Shown piece after piece: positions 1 to 9,372 of a stretch of DNA of 64,000 nucleotides (positions within the stretch are counted from its first letter, which is position 1; the number at the start of each line of letters is the position of its first letter). Below the pieces are notes generated by a model. The model did not search any database. It had not been told where the DNA came from and was given only the letters and a program-made list of their open reading frames with translations. The translations under genes were made by a program, and so were the position numbers. Source of the DNA: Myxococcota bacterium (lineage in GTDB: Bacteria; Myxococcota_A; UBA9160; UBA6930); contig OZ245002.1 in the NCBI GenBank assembly GCA_965223415.1, positions 2,848,001 to 2,912,000 of the forward strand, in the 5' to 3' direction.

Positions 1-786
1 TTCTCGTCCGTCCTCGAGCGGGAGCTCTTGCGGCGGGGGTACGGCGTCGAAGTGCTCAACGCGGGCGTCTCCGGGTTCTCGAACGCCGAAGAGCTGCTCT
101 ACCTGGAACGTGAGCTGATCAAGTACGACCCGGACCTGGTCGTGCTGAGCTTCTTCACGAACGATCTGGTCGACAACGTGCGATCGGGCCTCCTCGTCCT
201 CGAGGACGGAAGGCTCGAGCCGCGCAGCCAGAGCTACGTGCCCGCAGGGCGGCTCGGGGATCTCTTGAACAGCAGCCCCCTCTTCAACTTCCTCTCCGGG
301 TACTCGAACGCCTTCGCGCTGATCAAGGAACGGGCCACCACGATCGTGAAGCGCAGGATGATCGCCCAGAACGAAGCCAACGAGTCACGGGCCGCAGGGC
401 GGAGAGAGGAGACGCCGCAAGAGCTCGACGCGCGCCCCGGGCCCGACCGCGGGGACGCCCAGGGCCGACTCGCCGCGGCCATCCTGGAACGCCTGTACGA
501 CTTCGCCCGGGAGCGAAGCATCCCGGTCGTGATCCAGAGCATCCCGTCCGGCGGGTATGCGGTGCCCGTCGGTGACCGTCCCCTCCTCGACCTCTTTCCC
601 TACGAGCACTTCGACGGGAACCGTCCGGGGCTGGCCGTGCTCCCGATGATCGACCTGCTCAAGCCGCACGTCGGAGAGACGCCCCTCACGAACCTCCGCT
701 CGCACTTCCACTGGACGGCGTTCGCCCATGGGCTCTCGGGGCGAGCCCTGGCGAAACGGATCGTGGAGAACGGCTTCCTGGACTGA
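1..786 (+). CDS. SGNH/GDSL hydrolase family protein (5'-truncated by window edge)
   Basis: Frame open from base 1; block II NAGVSGF, block III FFTND, block V-like HFHWTAFAH. Confidence 0.75.
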   Translation, partial: FSSVLERELLRRGYGVEVLNAGVSGFSNAEELLYLERELIKYDPDLVVLSFFTNDLVDNVRSGLLVLEDGRLEPRSQSYVPAGRLGDLLNSSPLFNFLSGYSNAFALIKERATTIVKRRMIAQNEANESRAAGRREETPQELDARPGPDRGDAQGRLAAAILERLYDFARERSIPVVIQSIPSGGYAVPVGDRPLLDLFPYEHFDGNRPGLAVLPMIDLLKPHVGETPLTNLRSHFHWTAFAHGLSGRALAKRIVENGFLD

Positions 787-837
787 CCGGGCGCCGCCCC
801 GCGGCCACCTCACTCGGCGACGAATGTCGGATGAGGG

Positions 838-2766
838 CTAGGGGAGCAGGAACGGAGCCGCCGGAGCGCCGCCCGAGCCCGATCCGCCTCCCGAGCCCGA
901 TCCGCCGCCCGAGGACGCCTCGACCGCGCCGAGGTCCGGAGCCGCGTCCTGCTGGCGAGAGGTCAGGAAGAAATCGGTCGAGTTCCCCGGCACGCGGACG
1001 CCGGCGTCGACCAGCGGCCCGCCGGGGGCGGGCATCACGTCGCCGGGCCCCTGCGGGTTCTGCGAGACGAACGGGCTCGTGGTGGTCACGAAGTCGTTCG
1101 GGCCTGCGCCGGCGGCGTTGGTGGCGGTGCCCGCCGTGGCGTAGAGCACGTTGTAGTCGGTGGTCGTGGCGATGCCGCCGACGCAGCGGATCCGCTTGTC
1201 GAAGGAGTCGTGCCCGCCCAGGCACGTGTTGTAGTACATCTCGAGGTTGGCCAGGTTGCTGTTGGCGTGGGTCGTGGCGCCGTTGCGGAGCTGCTGCCAG
1301 TCCTGCATGGCGAACACGTTGCTGCGAACGCTGACACCCCTCAGGTAGGAGCCGGCCGTTCCGTCGCCGGCGTTGAGGTAGATGCCGCTCCGGATACCGA
1401 TGCCGATCTGGTTGCCGCTGCGGAAGTGGTTCCGCTCGATGATGATGTCCTCGCCGCCGACCACCCGACCGACGCTCCCGCCTCCGACCAAGGACACACC
1501 GCCGTTCAGCTGGGAGATGCGGAACTCGTTGTCCGAGATCACGTGCTCCTTCATGGGGGTCATGCAGCCCGCGTGCTGCCCCTGGCAGGTGAGGAGCTCC
1601 GCGGCCCGCAGGTTGAGCGTCGCCTTCCCGGGCGCCGGCTCGCCCATGATGTTGCTCTGGAAGACGCCCTTGTTGCAGTGCTGACAACGCAGGATGTGCT
1701 CGGACATCCCTCCCCGCCCGTTCACCGGCGGGCTCTGGGTGTCCATCCACGTGTTGCCCATGACGCCGAGCTTGTCGGCGGCGAGGAACGCGATGTTGCT
1801 GCCGCCCGGCTTGGTGTACAGCCCCAGGTCCTGCCAGTCGTTCTCGACGAAGAAGATCTCCTGGTGGAGCGGGGTCGTCGGAGCGAGGCTGTTGTTCGCG
1901 AACAGGGCGCCACCGGAGATCGTCCCGGGGACGGCACTCGTGCGCAGGACGAGCAGACGGTGGAAGGGCGTGTTGCCGCGGGCGGCCACGATGATCGAGG
2001 AGGTATTCCCCGTCGTTCCCGGGCCCTCCATCTGGACGTCCGCGATCCGCCAGTCGTTGCCGGAGGCATGGGCGACGAAGATGTTCGTGTTGAGTCCGCT
2101 GCGGAACTTCGGCGGCGCTCCGTTGCCGTAGGCGCCGACCATCGAGGGGCCGCGCGTCGACATCACGAGCGAGGCGTTCGCGTCGAAGGTCTCGCCGCGG
2201 TGGAACAGGCAGCGCACCTGGGGGCCGGCGACGCACTGGGTCCACGCCTGGTTGGCCTCGCCGGGCCCGGCCTGGAGGTGGATCTGACGCACGCCCGGAT
2301 GGACGGACGGATCGCACTCGGAGCCGGCCTCGAAGGTTCCGGTCAACGAGAAGCACACGGTCTGGGATGCGGCCCAGCTGATCTTCGGGTCCACGACGTC
2401 GATCACGATCGTCCGCGTGCTGGTCCCGGTGAGGTCGGAAGCGCGCAGGGTGACCGTGTGGCGGCCGGGGGTCTCGAACACGTGGGCCGCGATCGGGCCG
2501 GTGGCGACGTTGCGCGACTTGCCGTTCGTGGACCAGTTGCCGCTCGTGGGATCGCCGAAGTCCCACTCGTAGGAGACGTGGTGGAACGCGTCCTGGCAGC
2601 CCGAGCAGCTCGTGCCCGTGGCATCGAAGTGCACCGCCAGGGGCGCCGGACCGTTGGTACGGCTCGCCGACAGCTGGGCGTTCGGCGCCGCCGAGGCCGT
2701 GCCGGCCAGCGCGCCGATCGCGACCGTGAGCAGGGCTCGCGCCCATCGGTACGAAAGGTTCGACAT
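838..2766 (-). CDS. Secreted PKD-domain protein with probable parallel beta-helix region (642 aa)
   Basis: Signal peptide ending ASA-A; PKD signature GPAPLAVHFDA...YEWDFGD...AHVFETPGRHTVTL; Asn/Gly/Ile-rich repeats (IIIERNHF, VSVRSNVF); PDLGAVE then Gly/Ser linker and APAAPFLLP tail; RBS-like GGAG upstream. Confidence 0.75.
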   Translation of the reverse strand: MSNLSYRWARALLTVAIGALAGTASAAPNAQLSASRTNGPAPLAVHFDATGTSCSGCQDAFHHVSYEWDFGDPTSGNWSTNGKSRNVATGPIAAHVFETPGRHTVTLRASDLTGTSTRTIVIDVVDPKISWAASQTVCFSLTGTFEAGSECDPSVHPGVRQIHLQAGPGEANQAWTQCVAGPQVRCLFHRGETFDANASLVMSTRGPSMVGAYGNGAPPKFRSGLNTNIFVAHASGNDWRIADVQMEGPGTTGNTSSIIVAARGNTPFHRLLVLRTSAVPGTISGGALFANNSLAPTTPLHQEIFFVENDWQDLGLYTKPGGSNIAFLAADKLGVMGNTWMDTQSPPVNGRGGMSEHILRCQHCNKGVFQSNIMGEPAPGKATLNLRAAELLTCQGQHAGCMTPMKEHVISDNEFRISQLNGGVSLVGGGSVGRVVGGEDIIIERNHFRSGNQIGIGIRSGIYLNAGDGTAGSYLRGVSVRSNVFAMQDWQQLRNGATTHANSNLANLEMYYNTCLGGHDSFDKRIRCVGGIATTTDYNVLYATAGTATNAAGAGPNDFVTTTSPFVSQNPQGPGDVMPAPGGPLVDAGVRVPGNSTDFFLTSRQQDAAPDLGAVEASSGGGSGSGGGSGSGGAPAAPFLLP

Positions 2767-2870
2767 CTCCCTGCCCTCCTCAGTGGAGGCCCAGCAGCCG
2801 GGCCCGATCGGGGCTGCCTACTGGACGAGCCCCTCAGCCCACGTCGATCGACGCGGTCGGGCATCCGGTG

Positions 2871-2886
2871 TGTGACAGGTCTCACC
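2871..2886. promoter_or_regulatory. CRP/FNR-family-like operator (TGTGA-N6-TCACC)
   Basis: tgtga caggtc tcacc, 9/10 match to TGTGA-N6-TCACA, in the divergent intergenic region. Confidence 0.4.
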
Positions 2887-3029
2887 CGAGGGTGATTCGA
2901 CACCATCTGGTCGAGTGCCCCACGGGGATTCCCGCTCCGGGGCTGGGTGGACCGTAGCCGGCGGCAGAGCCCAATGCCTGGAGCCCGCCCCCGCTCGACG
3001 TTCCCGAGACCGGCTCTAGTCTCTCGCCG

Positions 3030-5672
3030 ATGGGCGCGCTCTCGCTCCGGTGGGCCATCGCTGCGGCCCTGCTCCTCCTCTGCCTCCTCGCCGAGAGGAC
3101 CCGGGCCGCCGTCCTCTGGCGCGAAGGGGAGAGCGCCGCGGGAGCCGCTGTCCGCCCGGCACCGCCCGGCGACCTGGTCGGGCGCCTCTCCGGAGGCAAT
3201 TGGCTGGCCTTCGGGGACGACCTCGAGGGGCGAAGCACCGCGCAGTGGAGCCTCGTGGTGGAGGAGTCGGGCCGATACCGGGTGTGGCTGCGCAAGGCGT
3301 GGCGCCGGGGGCGGTTCCGATGGCGCATCGCCGGGAGCCGCTGGCGGCTGGCCGGCCACATCCCGGCGGAGAACGTCGACTTCGGCAAGAAGCGGGGCTT
3401 CGCCCTGGCCTGGTACTACCTCGGAAGCGTCGAGCTCGACGCCGGGCTGCACGAGCTCGAGCTGGAGCGGCTCGACCCGCCGGGCCGCCGGCGCTTCGCG
3501 GCCGTCGACGCCTTCTACCTCACGACCGACGACCTGCGGGTCCCGGCCGGGGCTTCGCCCCCGGAGACGGTCCGCTCCGAGCGCCGCGAGGACTCGTGGT
3601 TCCCGGTGGCCTTCTACGAGGACCCCCTGGAGCCCACGGCGGCGACCGACGTCAGTCGCCTCGTCCCGGCCCCGGCCGGGCAGCGGGGCCGGGTGCGCGT
3701 GAAGGAGGACCAGCTCGTCGTGTCCTCGGAAGAGGAGCCGATCCGCTTCTGGGGCGCCACGGCCCGGGTGATCGACGTGGACCCGGAGGTCGCCACCCAT
3801 CGGGCGCGCTACCTGCGCAAGCACGGCATCAACGCGGTCCGCCACCACCCGCTCGAGCAGGTGCTCGGCCTCCTCGACGAGGAGGGCCGCTTCGACCCGG
3901 AGGCCCTCGCGCGCTTCGACTGGTGGTTCGCGGAGCTGAAACGCAACGGCATCTACTCCATCTGGTGCCCGTTCTTCCCCCACCACATCCGGCCCTCGGA
4001 GGGCTACCCGCGCTTCGCCGAGCTCCCGGGCAAGGCCTACTGGACCCAGGAGCGAGGTGTGCGCAGCGTCGGCGCCTTGTCGCTGCTCGAGCCGGAGCTC
4101 CAGGACTCGGAGTGGAGGTGGCTCCGCACCCTGCTCGAGCACCGCAATCCCCACACGGGCCTCCGCTACGTCGACGATCCCGCGTTGGCCATCGTCCAGA
4201 TCCGGAACGAGGCCAGCCTCTTCTGGCACGATCCGCTGAACGCGCTCGCCGCGGGGGAGATGCCCGAGCACGCTCGCCGGCTCCGCCGGCGCTGGGCCGC
4301 CTGGGTGCACGAGCGCTACACCGACGACGCCGCGCTGGCCGCCGCCTGGAAGCGCGACCGGCGCCAGGACGACCTCTGGGGAAGCGAGGAGCTGGCCGTG
4401 CCCGCGGCACACGAGCTGCGCGGCGTAGAGGGTGGCCAGCTTCGCCACGGCGACTTCCTCCGCTTCCTCGGAGAGATCCAGCGGGGCGCCTATCGGCGCC
4501 GCTCGGAGCGCCTGCGTGCGCTGGGCTACGACGGCATCATCACGACGAGCGCCTGGAAGGCCGCGAGCCGCACCGCCTCGGCGGCGAACCTCTGGACGGA
4601 CGCGGTCGGTGACATGGTGGTGCGACACGAGTACTCCGGCGGGAGCCTCGAGGGCAAGCGCAGCTCCCACCGCATCCTCGAGGGCCCGTACCGGCCGGTT
4701 CGCCCGCTGGCGCACCCCGGTGGCGGCCTGCTGCGCGCGGGGAGGGAGCAGCTCTCGGGCCGGCCGTTCGGGCTGATGGAGTGGACGACCCGTCCTCCGT
4801 CGCCGTGGAAGTTCGTCTCGGCGCCGCTGATCGCCTTCTACGGCGTGGGGCTCCAGGGCTGGGACGCCGCCCTCCACTTCGACAACACGGCCGATCGCAT
4901 GCGCAACGGCTGGCCCGAGTCCTCGTCGTACGTGACGGACACGCCCCACTACATGGGCCAGTACCCGGCGTTGGCACTCGCCGTCCATCGGGGCGACCTG
5001 GCGGCCGGGCCCGACCTGGAGCTCCCGGTCCTCGGTGCCCCCACGCTGTTCGGGGCGCGGGCGGGCCTCGCGCTCACGTGGAAGCTCCCGACCTGGCTGC
5101 TCGCGAAGGGCCGCGTGGCGTGGCGGCTCGCGCCCGAGCGGACGGGCCCGCCTGCGGCGCTGCCGGAGGAGCCTTCCGCGCCGGTCGCCGCTCCGGGGGC
5201 CCAGCTGCACTGGGACGCGGCCCGGCCCCTCGTGCGCATCGACACGCCGCGCACCCGCGGCGTGCTCGGCACGGGCGCCGCCCGACTGTCGGGGCTTCGG
5301 CTGGACGTCGCGACCCCGGGCGTCTCGCTCCTGGTCTCCTCCCTCGACGACCAGCCCCTCGAGAGCGCCACCCGCATCCTCGTCACCGCGTTGGCGCGCG
5401 ATCGCGCCCACGGCGCCCGCTACGACGAGGAGCGCGGGGAGCTCACGCGGAGTGGCGGCGGCGTGCTGTGGCTCGAGCCGGTGCGGGCCGCGATCACCCT
5501 CCCGGGCACGCGCCCCACGCGGGTCTTCGTGCTGGACCCCTACGGCCGGCGCACCGGGGCGGAGGTCGCGATCGAAGAGGACGGCGCCTTCCGGATCGAC
5601 GGGCGGTACGCGACCTACCTCTACGAGGTGGTCCGGAGCGCGCCGCAACGCACCGGAGCAGCCCTTCAGTAG
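3030..5672 (+). CDS. Secreted clan GH-A-like glycoside hydrolase with N-terminal beta-sandwich module (880 aa)
   Basis: Signal peptide; PIRFWG, KHGINAVRHH, HRNPHTGLRYVDDPALAIVQIRNE (acid/base NE), LMEW (candidate nucleophile), LQGWD. Confidence 0.7.
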   Translation: MGALSLRWAIAAALLLLCLLAERTRAAVLWREGESAAGAAVRPAPPGDLVGRLSGGNWLAFGDDLEGRSTAQWSLVVEESGRYRVWLRKAWRRGRFRWRIAGSRWRLAGHIPAENVDFGKKRGFALAWYYLGSVELDAGLHELELERLDPPGRRRFAAVDAFYLTTDDLRVPAGASPPETVRSERREDSWFPVAFYEDPLEPTAATDVSRLVPAPAGQRGRVRVKEDQLVVSSEEEPIRFWGATARVIDVDPEVATHRARYLRKHGINAVRHHPLEQVLGLLDEEGRFDPEALARFDWWFAELKRNGIYSIWCPFFPHHIRPSEGYPRFAELPGKAYWTQERGVRSVGALSLLEPELQDSEWRWLRTLLEHRNPHTGLRYVDDPALAIVQIRNEASLFWHDPLNALAAGEMPEHARRLRRRWAAWVHERYTDDAALAAAWKRDRRQDDLWGSEELAVPAAHELRGVEGGQLRHGDFLRFLGEIQRGAYRRRSERLRALGYDGIITTSAWKAASRTASAANLWTDAVGDMVVRHEYSGGSLEGKRSSHRILEGPYRPVRPLAHPGGGLLRAGREQLSGRPFGLMEWTTRPPSPWKFVSAPLIAFYGVGLQGWDAALHFDNTADRMRNGWPESSSYVTDTPHYMGQYPALALAVHRGDLAAGPDLELPVLGAPTLFGARAGLALTWKLPTWLLAKGRVAWRLAPERTGPPAALPEEPSAPVAAPGAQLHWDAARPLVRIDTPRTRGVLGTGAARLSGLRLDVATPGVSLLVSSLDDQPLESATRILVTALARDRAHGARYDEERGELTRSGGGVLWLEPVRAAITLPGTRPTRVFVLDPYGRRTGAEVAIEEDGAFRIDGRYATYLYEVVRSAPQRTGAALQ

Positions 5673-6634
5673 GGATGGCGCTCGCCCTCGGGCTGGGTGC
5701 GCCAGCGGCGGTGGATCCAGATCCAGTGGTCCGGCGCCTCGCGAATGGCGTCCTCGATCGCGCGGGTCATGCGCAGGGCGTTCTCGCGCAGGGCCGCCTC
5801 CCGGTCGTCGCTCTCGGGCACCAGCTCGATCGGCGGGCCGAATCGCGCAACGTGGTGGACGCCGTCGGGCTGGCGGAAGAGGAAGACGGGAACGACCGGA
5901 GAGCCCGTACGCATGGCGATGCGCGGCGGACCGTCGCGGGTGCAGGCCAGGCGGCCGAAGAAGGGGACGAAGACGCCCTCCCGGCGGCGGCAGTTCTGGT
6001 CGTAGGGCATGGCGAGCACCCAGCCGCGCTTCAGGCCGGCCAGGGCCGCGCGGGCCGCGTTGCCCCGGGCCAGGAGCTCGGCGCCTGCGGCGCCACGCAT
6101 GCGGCCCAGCAGACCGTCGAGAATCGGGTTGTCGCGGGGGCGGTGGACCACCGCCGCGGGAACGCCCCGGGCGACCATCGCGGCAGCCAGCACCTCCCAG
6201 GAGCCGAAGTGCCCGGTGAGGATCACGACACCCCCGCTGGCCGACGCCCTGCGCGCGGCCTCCAGGTGCTCGAAGCCCTCCACGGCGATGCGCTCCCGCA
6301 GCTGCTCCGGGGTCATCAGGCCGAGGCGGGCGAACTCGGCCAGGCCGCGGCCCAGGTTCGCGAAGGAGCGCACCATCACCGCGCGGCGACGCTCGTCGCT
6401 CCAATCGGGGAAGGCGATGCGTAGGTTGGTGAGGGCATCGCCGGTGCGCGGGCCGCGCAGCCGCGCGTAGGCCGCACCGAGGCCCGAGCCGATCGCGAGG
6501 GCTCTGCTCTCGGGCATCAGGCGCAGCAACGCGAGGAACAGCTTCACCAACCCGCCGGCCAGGCGATCCGGAAGGCCGGGGCGGCCGTCTCCCGGATCGG
6601 GGCGCGTATGGCGCCCCTCGCCGGCTGGGCTCAC
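5666..6634 (-). CDS. Lipid A/lysophospholipid acyltransferase, LpxL/HtrB family
   Basis: NLRIAFP, TGHFGSWE, PYDQ, VPFFG, PDHWIWIHRRWR; GTG start overlaps upstream TGA (GTGA). Confidence 0.85.
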   Translation of the reverse strand: MSPAGEGRHTRPDPGDGRPGLPDRLAGGLVKLFLALLRLMPESRALAIGSGLGAAYARLRGPRTGDALTNLRIAFPDWSDERRRAVMVRSFANLGRGLAEFARLGLMTPEQLRERIAVEGFEHLEAARRASASGGVVILTGHFGSWEVLAAAMVARGVPAAVVHRPRDNPILDGLLGRMRGAAGAELLARGNAARAALAGLKRGWVLAMPYDQNCRRREGVFVPFFGRLACTRDGPPRIAMRTGSPVVPVFLFRQPDGVHHVARFGPPIELVPESDDREAALRENALRMTRAIEDAIREAPDHWIWIHRRWRTQPEGERHPY

Positions 6635-7212
6635 AGCGCCTCCAGCCAGCCGTTCTCCACGTCCTCGAGCTCGGCCCACACCTCGCGGTCGATGGCGCGG
6701 AAGCGATCGAGGGCCTCGTCGAAGCGGTCCGGCGCGCCCTGGGCGGCGGCGATCTCCCGGGCCTTCTGGCGCACCCAGTCGATGTGCCAGCCCTCGTCCT
6801 TGGTGACCGAGCGGAGGACCTCGAGGGTGCGCTCAGGAACCAGGTCGCGCTTCAGGTGCTCCTGGTAGCGCTTCAGGGCGCGCTGCTCGACCACCACGGT
6901 GAGGGCGAGCAGGTCGACCGGATGCCGCGGCACGCCGGCGCGCTTGCCGATGCGTACCTGGTAGCCGTCGGTGATGGGAACCGGCGCCCGGCCCAGCTCC
7001 TTGATGCGCTCGGTCCACAGCCAGGCGTGACGGGTCTCGTCGGCCAGGTGCTCCGAGAGCAGCATCTGGGACTCGTCGTCCTTCAGGATGCGCATCAAGC
7101 GGTAGATCAGGTTGGAGCCGCGCAGCTCCGCGTCCCGGTAGTAGGAGTAGACGAGGACCTCCATGTCCACGGGGTCCTGGGGCGCCTCGGGAGTCTCGAT
7201 CGATGCCGCCAT
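6631..7212 (-). CDS. Ferritin-like di-iron domain protein (193 aa)
   Basis: E...ExxH...E...ExxH pattern: DAELRG, DETRH, VEQRA, DEGWH; start moved to ATG 7212. Confidence 0.75.
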   Translation of the reverse strand: MAASIETPEAPQDPVDMEVLVYSYYRDAELRGSNLIYRLMRILKDDESQMLLSEHLADETRHAWLWTERIKELGRAPVPITDGYQVRIGKRAGVPRHPVDLLALTVVVEQRALKRYQEHLKRDLVPERTLEVLRSVTKDEGWHIDWVRQKAREIAAAQGAPDRFDEALDRFRAIDREVWAELEDVENGWLEAL

Positions 7213-7332
7213 GGTTGTCGCCTGCCTCGTGTGCCGGTCGTTCCCGTCGGGCCCTGGGGGATGCCGGCCGGCCCCGGCGTGGCAGGACGATAGCCGGCGC
7301 CGGAACACCAGTCGAAGGTCGATGAGGTGTTT

Positions 7333-7779
7333 TCACATCGATAAGAAGCGCTCCATCACGACATGAGGTCCCAGGTCCGGAAGCTCGAACTCCTCGCTCA
7401 CGACGTCGAAGCCGTGACGGGCGTAGAAGCCGGCTGCCGAGCTTCGGGCGTTGCACCAGACCCGCTCGCCGCCGGCCCGGACCATGCGCCGGATCGCCTC
7501 CACCAGGAGCCGGGTGCCGAGTCCGGTGCCGCGGAGGTCCGGGTGGGTGGCCATGCCGCGCAGCCGATAGGCGCGGCCTTCGCCGGGGCCGCCCTCCCGC
7601 CCCTCGAGGGAGAGGGAGATCGTGCCGACCAGCCGTTCCCCCTCGTAGGCGGCGAGGTGGAAGCTCCCCGCCGCGTCGTCGCCGGGGTAGACGAGCTCCT
7701 CAGGCGACTGGTGCGGGCGCAGCACCTGTTGGCGAAGCGGGCGGGTGGCCGCTGCGGCCACGGCGCGGATCTCGGTCAC
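7333..7779 (-). CDS. GNAT family N-acetyltransferase
   Basis: LRQQVLRP, LRGMATHPDLRGTGLG, WCNAR, GFYARHGF; GTG start overlaps folB stop. Confidence 0.85.
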   Translation of the reverse strand: MTEIRAVAAAATRPLRQQVLRPHQSPEELVYPGDDAAGSFHLAAYEGERLVGTISLSLEGREGGPGEGRAYRLRGMATHPDLRGTGLGTRLLVEAIRRMVRAGGERVWCNARSSAAGFYARHGFDVVSEEFELPDLGPHVVMERFLSM

Positions 7780-8144
7780 TCGCGCTCGCGCCGGATCCTG
7801 ACGCCCGCGTGCTCGAGCACGCCGGCGATCGGCGAGGGCTTGCGGACGGTGATCGTCACCGCGTCCACGCCGAACTTCGCGAGCACCGCATCGGCGATCC
7901 GCTGGCCCAGAGCCTCGACCAGCTTGTGCTCCTGGTTGGAGGCGACGTCCGCGGCGATCTCGAAGATGCGCTTGTAGTGGATGGTCTGCTGGATGCGATC
8001 GCTGGCGCCGGCGGCGCGCAGATCCGTCTCGACCTCGATGTCCAGGCGCACGGGCCGGCGCATCCTGCGCTCGGCGGCGGTGACACCGAGGGCGGCGGGC
8101 ACCTGGATGCCCTCCAGCAGGATGGTGTCGCGGTGGTCGGCCAT
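7776..8144 (-). CDS. folB: Dihydroneopterin aldolase
   Basis: 122 aa; ILLEGI, LGVTAAER, TIHYK, KLVEAL, TVRKP. Confidence 0.85.
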   Translation of the reverse strand: MADHRDTILLEGIQVPAALGVTAAERRMRRPVRLDIEVETDLRAAGASDRIQQTIHYKRIFEIAADVASNQEHKLVEALGQRIADAVLAKFGVDAVTITVRKPSPIAGVLEHAGVRIRRERE

Positions 8145-8187
8145 GGGGGGTAAACATACCTCCTTTCCCTGGCCCCAGGAGCACCCC

Positions 8188-9372
8188 ATGAGCTTCGACG
8201 AGATCCAGCGGCGAGAGGCGCGCCACTTCCTCCCCGTCGTGAACCGCATGCCGGTCGCGCTGGTGGAAGGCCGCGGCTCCCGCGTGGTGGACGTGGAGGG
8301 CCGGGAGTACGTCGACCTCACGGCGGGCTGGGGCGTGTGCTCGATCGGCCACTGCCACCCGGCCCTCGTGGAGGCGATAAGCGAGCAGGCGGGGCGGCTG
8401 ATGCAGACGACGAACCTGTTCTACACCCTGCCCCAGCTCGACGCCGCCGAGACCCTGGCGGCGGTCTCCCCGGACGAGCTCACGCGGGTCTTCTTCGTGA
8501 ACTCGGGCACCGAGGCGGTGGAGGGCGCCCTCAAGCTCGCCCACCGGGCGACCGGGCGCAGCCACTTCGTCTCCACCGCCCAGTCGTTCCACGGCCGCAC
8601 CCTGGGCGCGCTCTCGGTGATCGGCCAGGCGAAGCACCGGGATCCCTACCGGGACCTGCTGCCCGAACCGGTCGTCGTGCCCTTCGGCGACGCCGACGCG
8701 GCCGTCGCCGCCATCGACGAGCAGACCGCGGCGGTGATCGTCGAGCCAGTGCAGGGCGAGGGCGGCGTGAACGTCGCGCCCGAGGGCTACCTGACGCGGC
8801 TGCGCGAGCGCTGCACCGAGACCGGCGCGCTGCTGATCCTCGACGAGGTGCAGACGGGCATCGGCCGCACGGGCAAGATGCTCGCCCTCGAGCACGACGG
8901 CGTCGTGCCCGACGTGCTCACCCTCGGCAAGGGCCTGGGCGGCGGCTTCCCCGTCGCCGCGTTCCTGTGCAGCGAGGGCGTGGCCGAGACGGTGACCCCC
9001 GGCGACCACGGCGGCACCTACATCGGGAGCCCGCTGGCGACGGCGGCGGTGAACGCGGTGCTAAAGGTGGTGCAGGAGGACAAGCTCGTGCAGCGCTCCG
9101 CGGAGGTGGGGGAGAAGCTGGCGGCACGGCTGCGCGCCTACGCCGAGGCGAATCCGGACAAGGCGGAAGGCGAACGGGGCCGGGGACTGCTGCGCGGCCT
9201 CGTGCTGCGCGACGCCGAGGCCGCCGCGACGATCCCGCGTCGCGCCCTCGAGAAGGGCATCCTCGTGAACGTCACCGCCGGCAACGTGATGCGCTTCTTC
9301 CCGGCGCTGAACGTCCCGGAGGACGATCTCTTCGACTCGGTGGAGACGCTGCTCGGGCTGGTGGACGCGTGA
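8188..9372 (+). CDS. argD: Acetylornithine aminotransferase (class III PLP enzyme)
   Basis: NSGTEAVEGALK, SFHGRT, EPVQGEGG, DEVQTGIGRTG, LGKGLGGG; AGGAG before ATG 8188. Confidence 0.8.
   Translation: MSFDEIQRREARHFLPVVNRMPVALVEGRGSRVVDVEGREYVDLTAGWGVCSIGHCHPALVEAISEQAGRLMQTTNLFYTLPQLDAAETLAAVSPDELTRVFFVNSGTEAVEGALKLAHRATGRSHFVSTAQSFHGRTLGALSVIGQAKHRDPYRDLLPEPVVVPFGDADAAVAAIDEQTAAVIVEPVQGEGGVNVAPEGYLTRLRERCTETGALLILDEVQTGIGRTGKMLALEHDGVVPDVLTLGKGLGGGFPVAAFLCSEGVAETVTPGDHGGTYIGSPLATAAVNAVLKVVQEDKLVQRSAEVGEKLAARLRAYAEANPDKAEGERGRGLLRGLVLRDAEAAATIPRRALEKGILVNVTAGNVMRFFPALNVPEDDLFDSVETLLGLVDA

Noticed and set aside
870..912. 18-bp near-duplicate inside the PKD gene
   Set aside because: Simply encodes the GGGSGS linker
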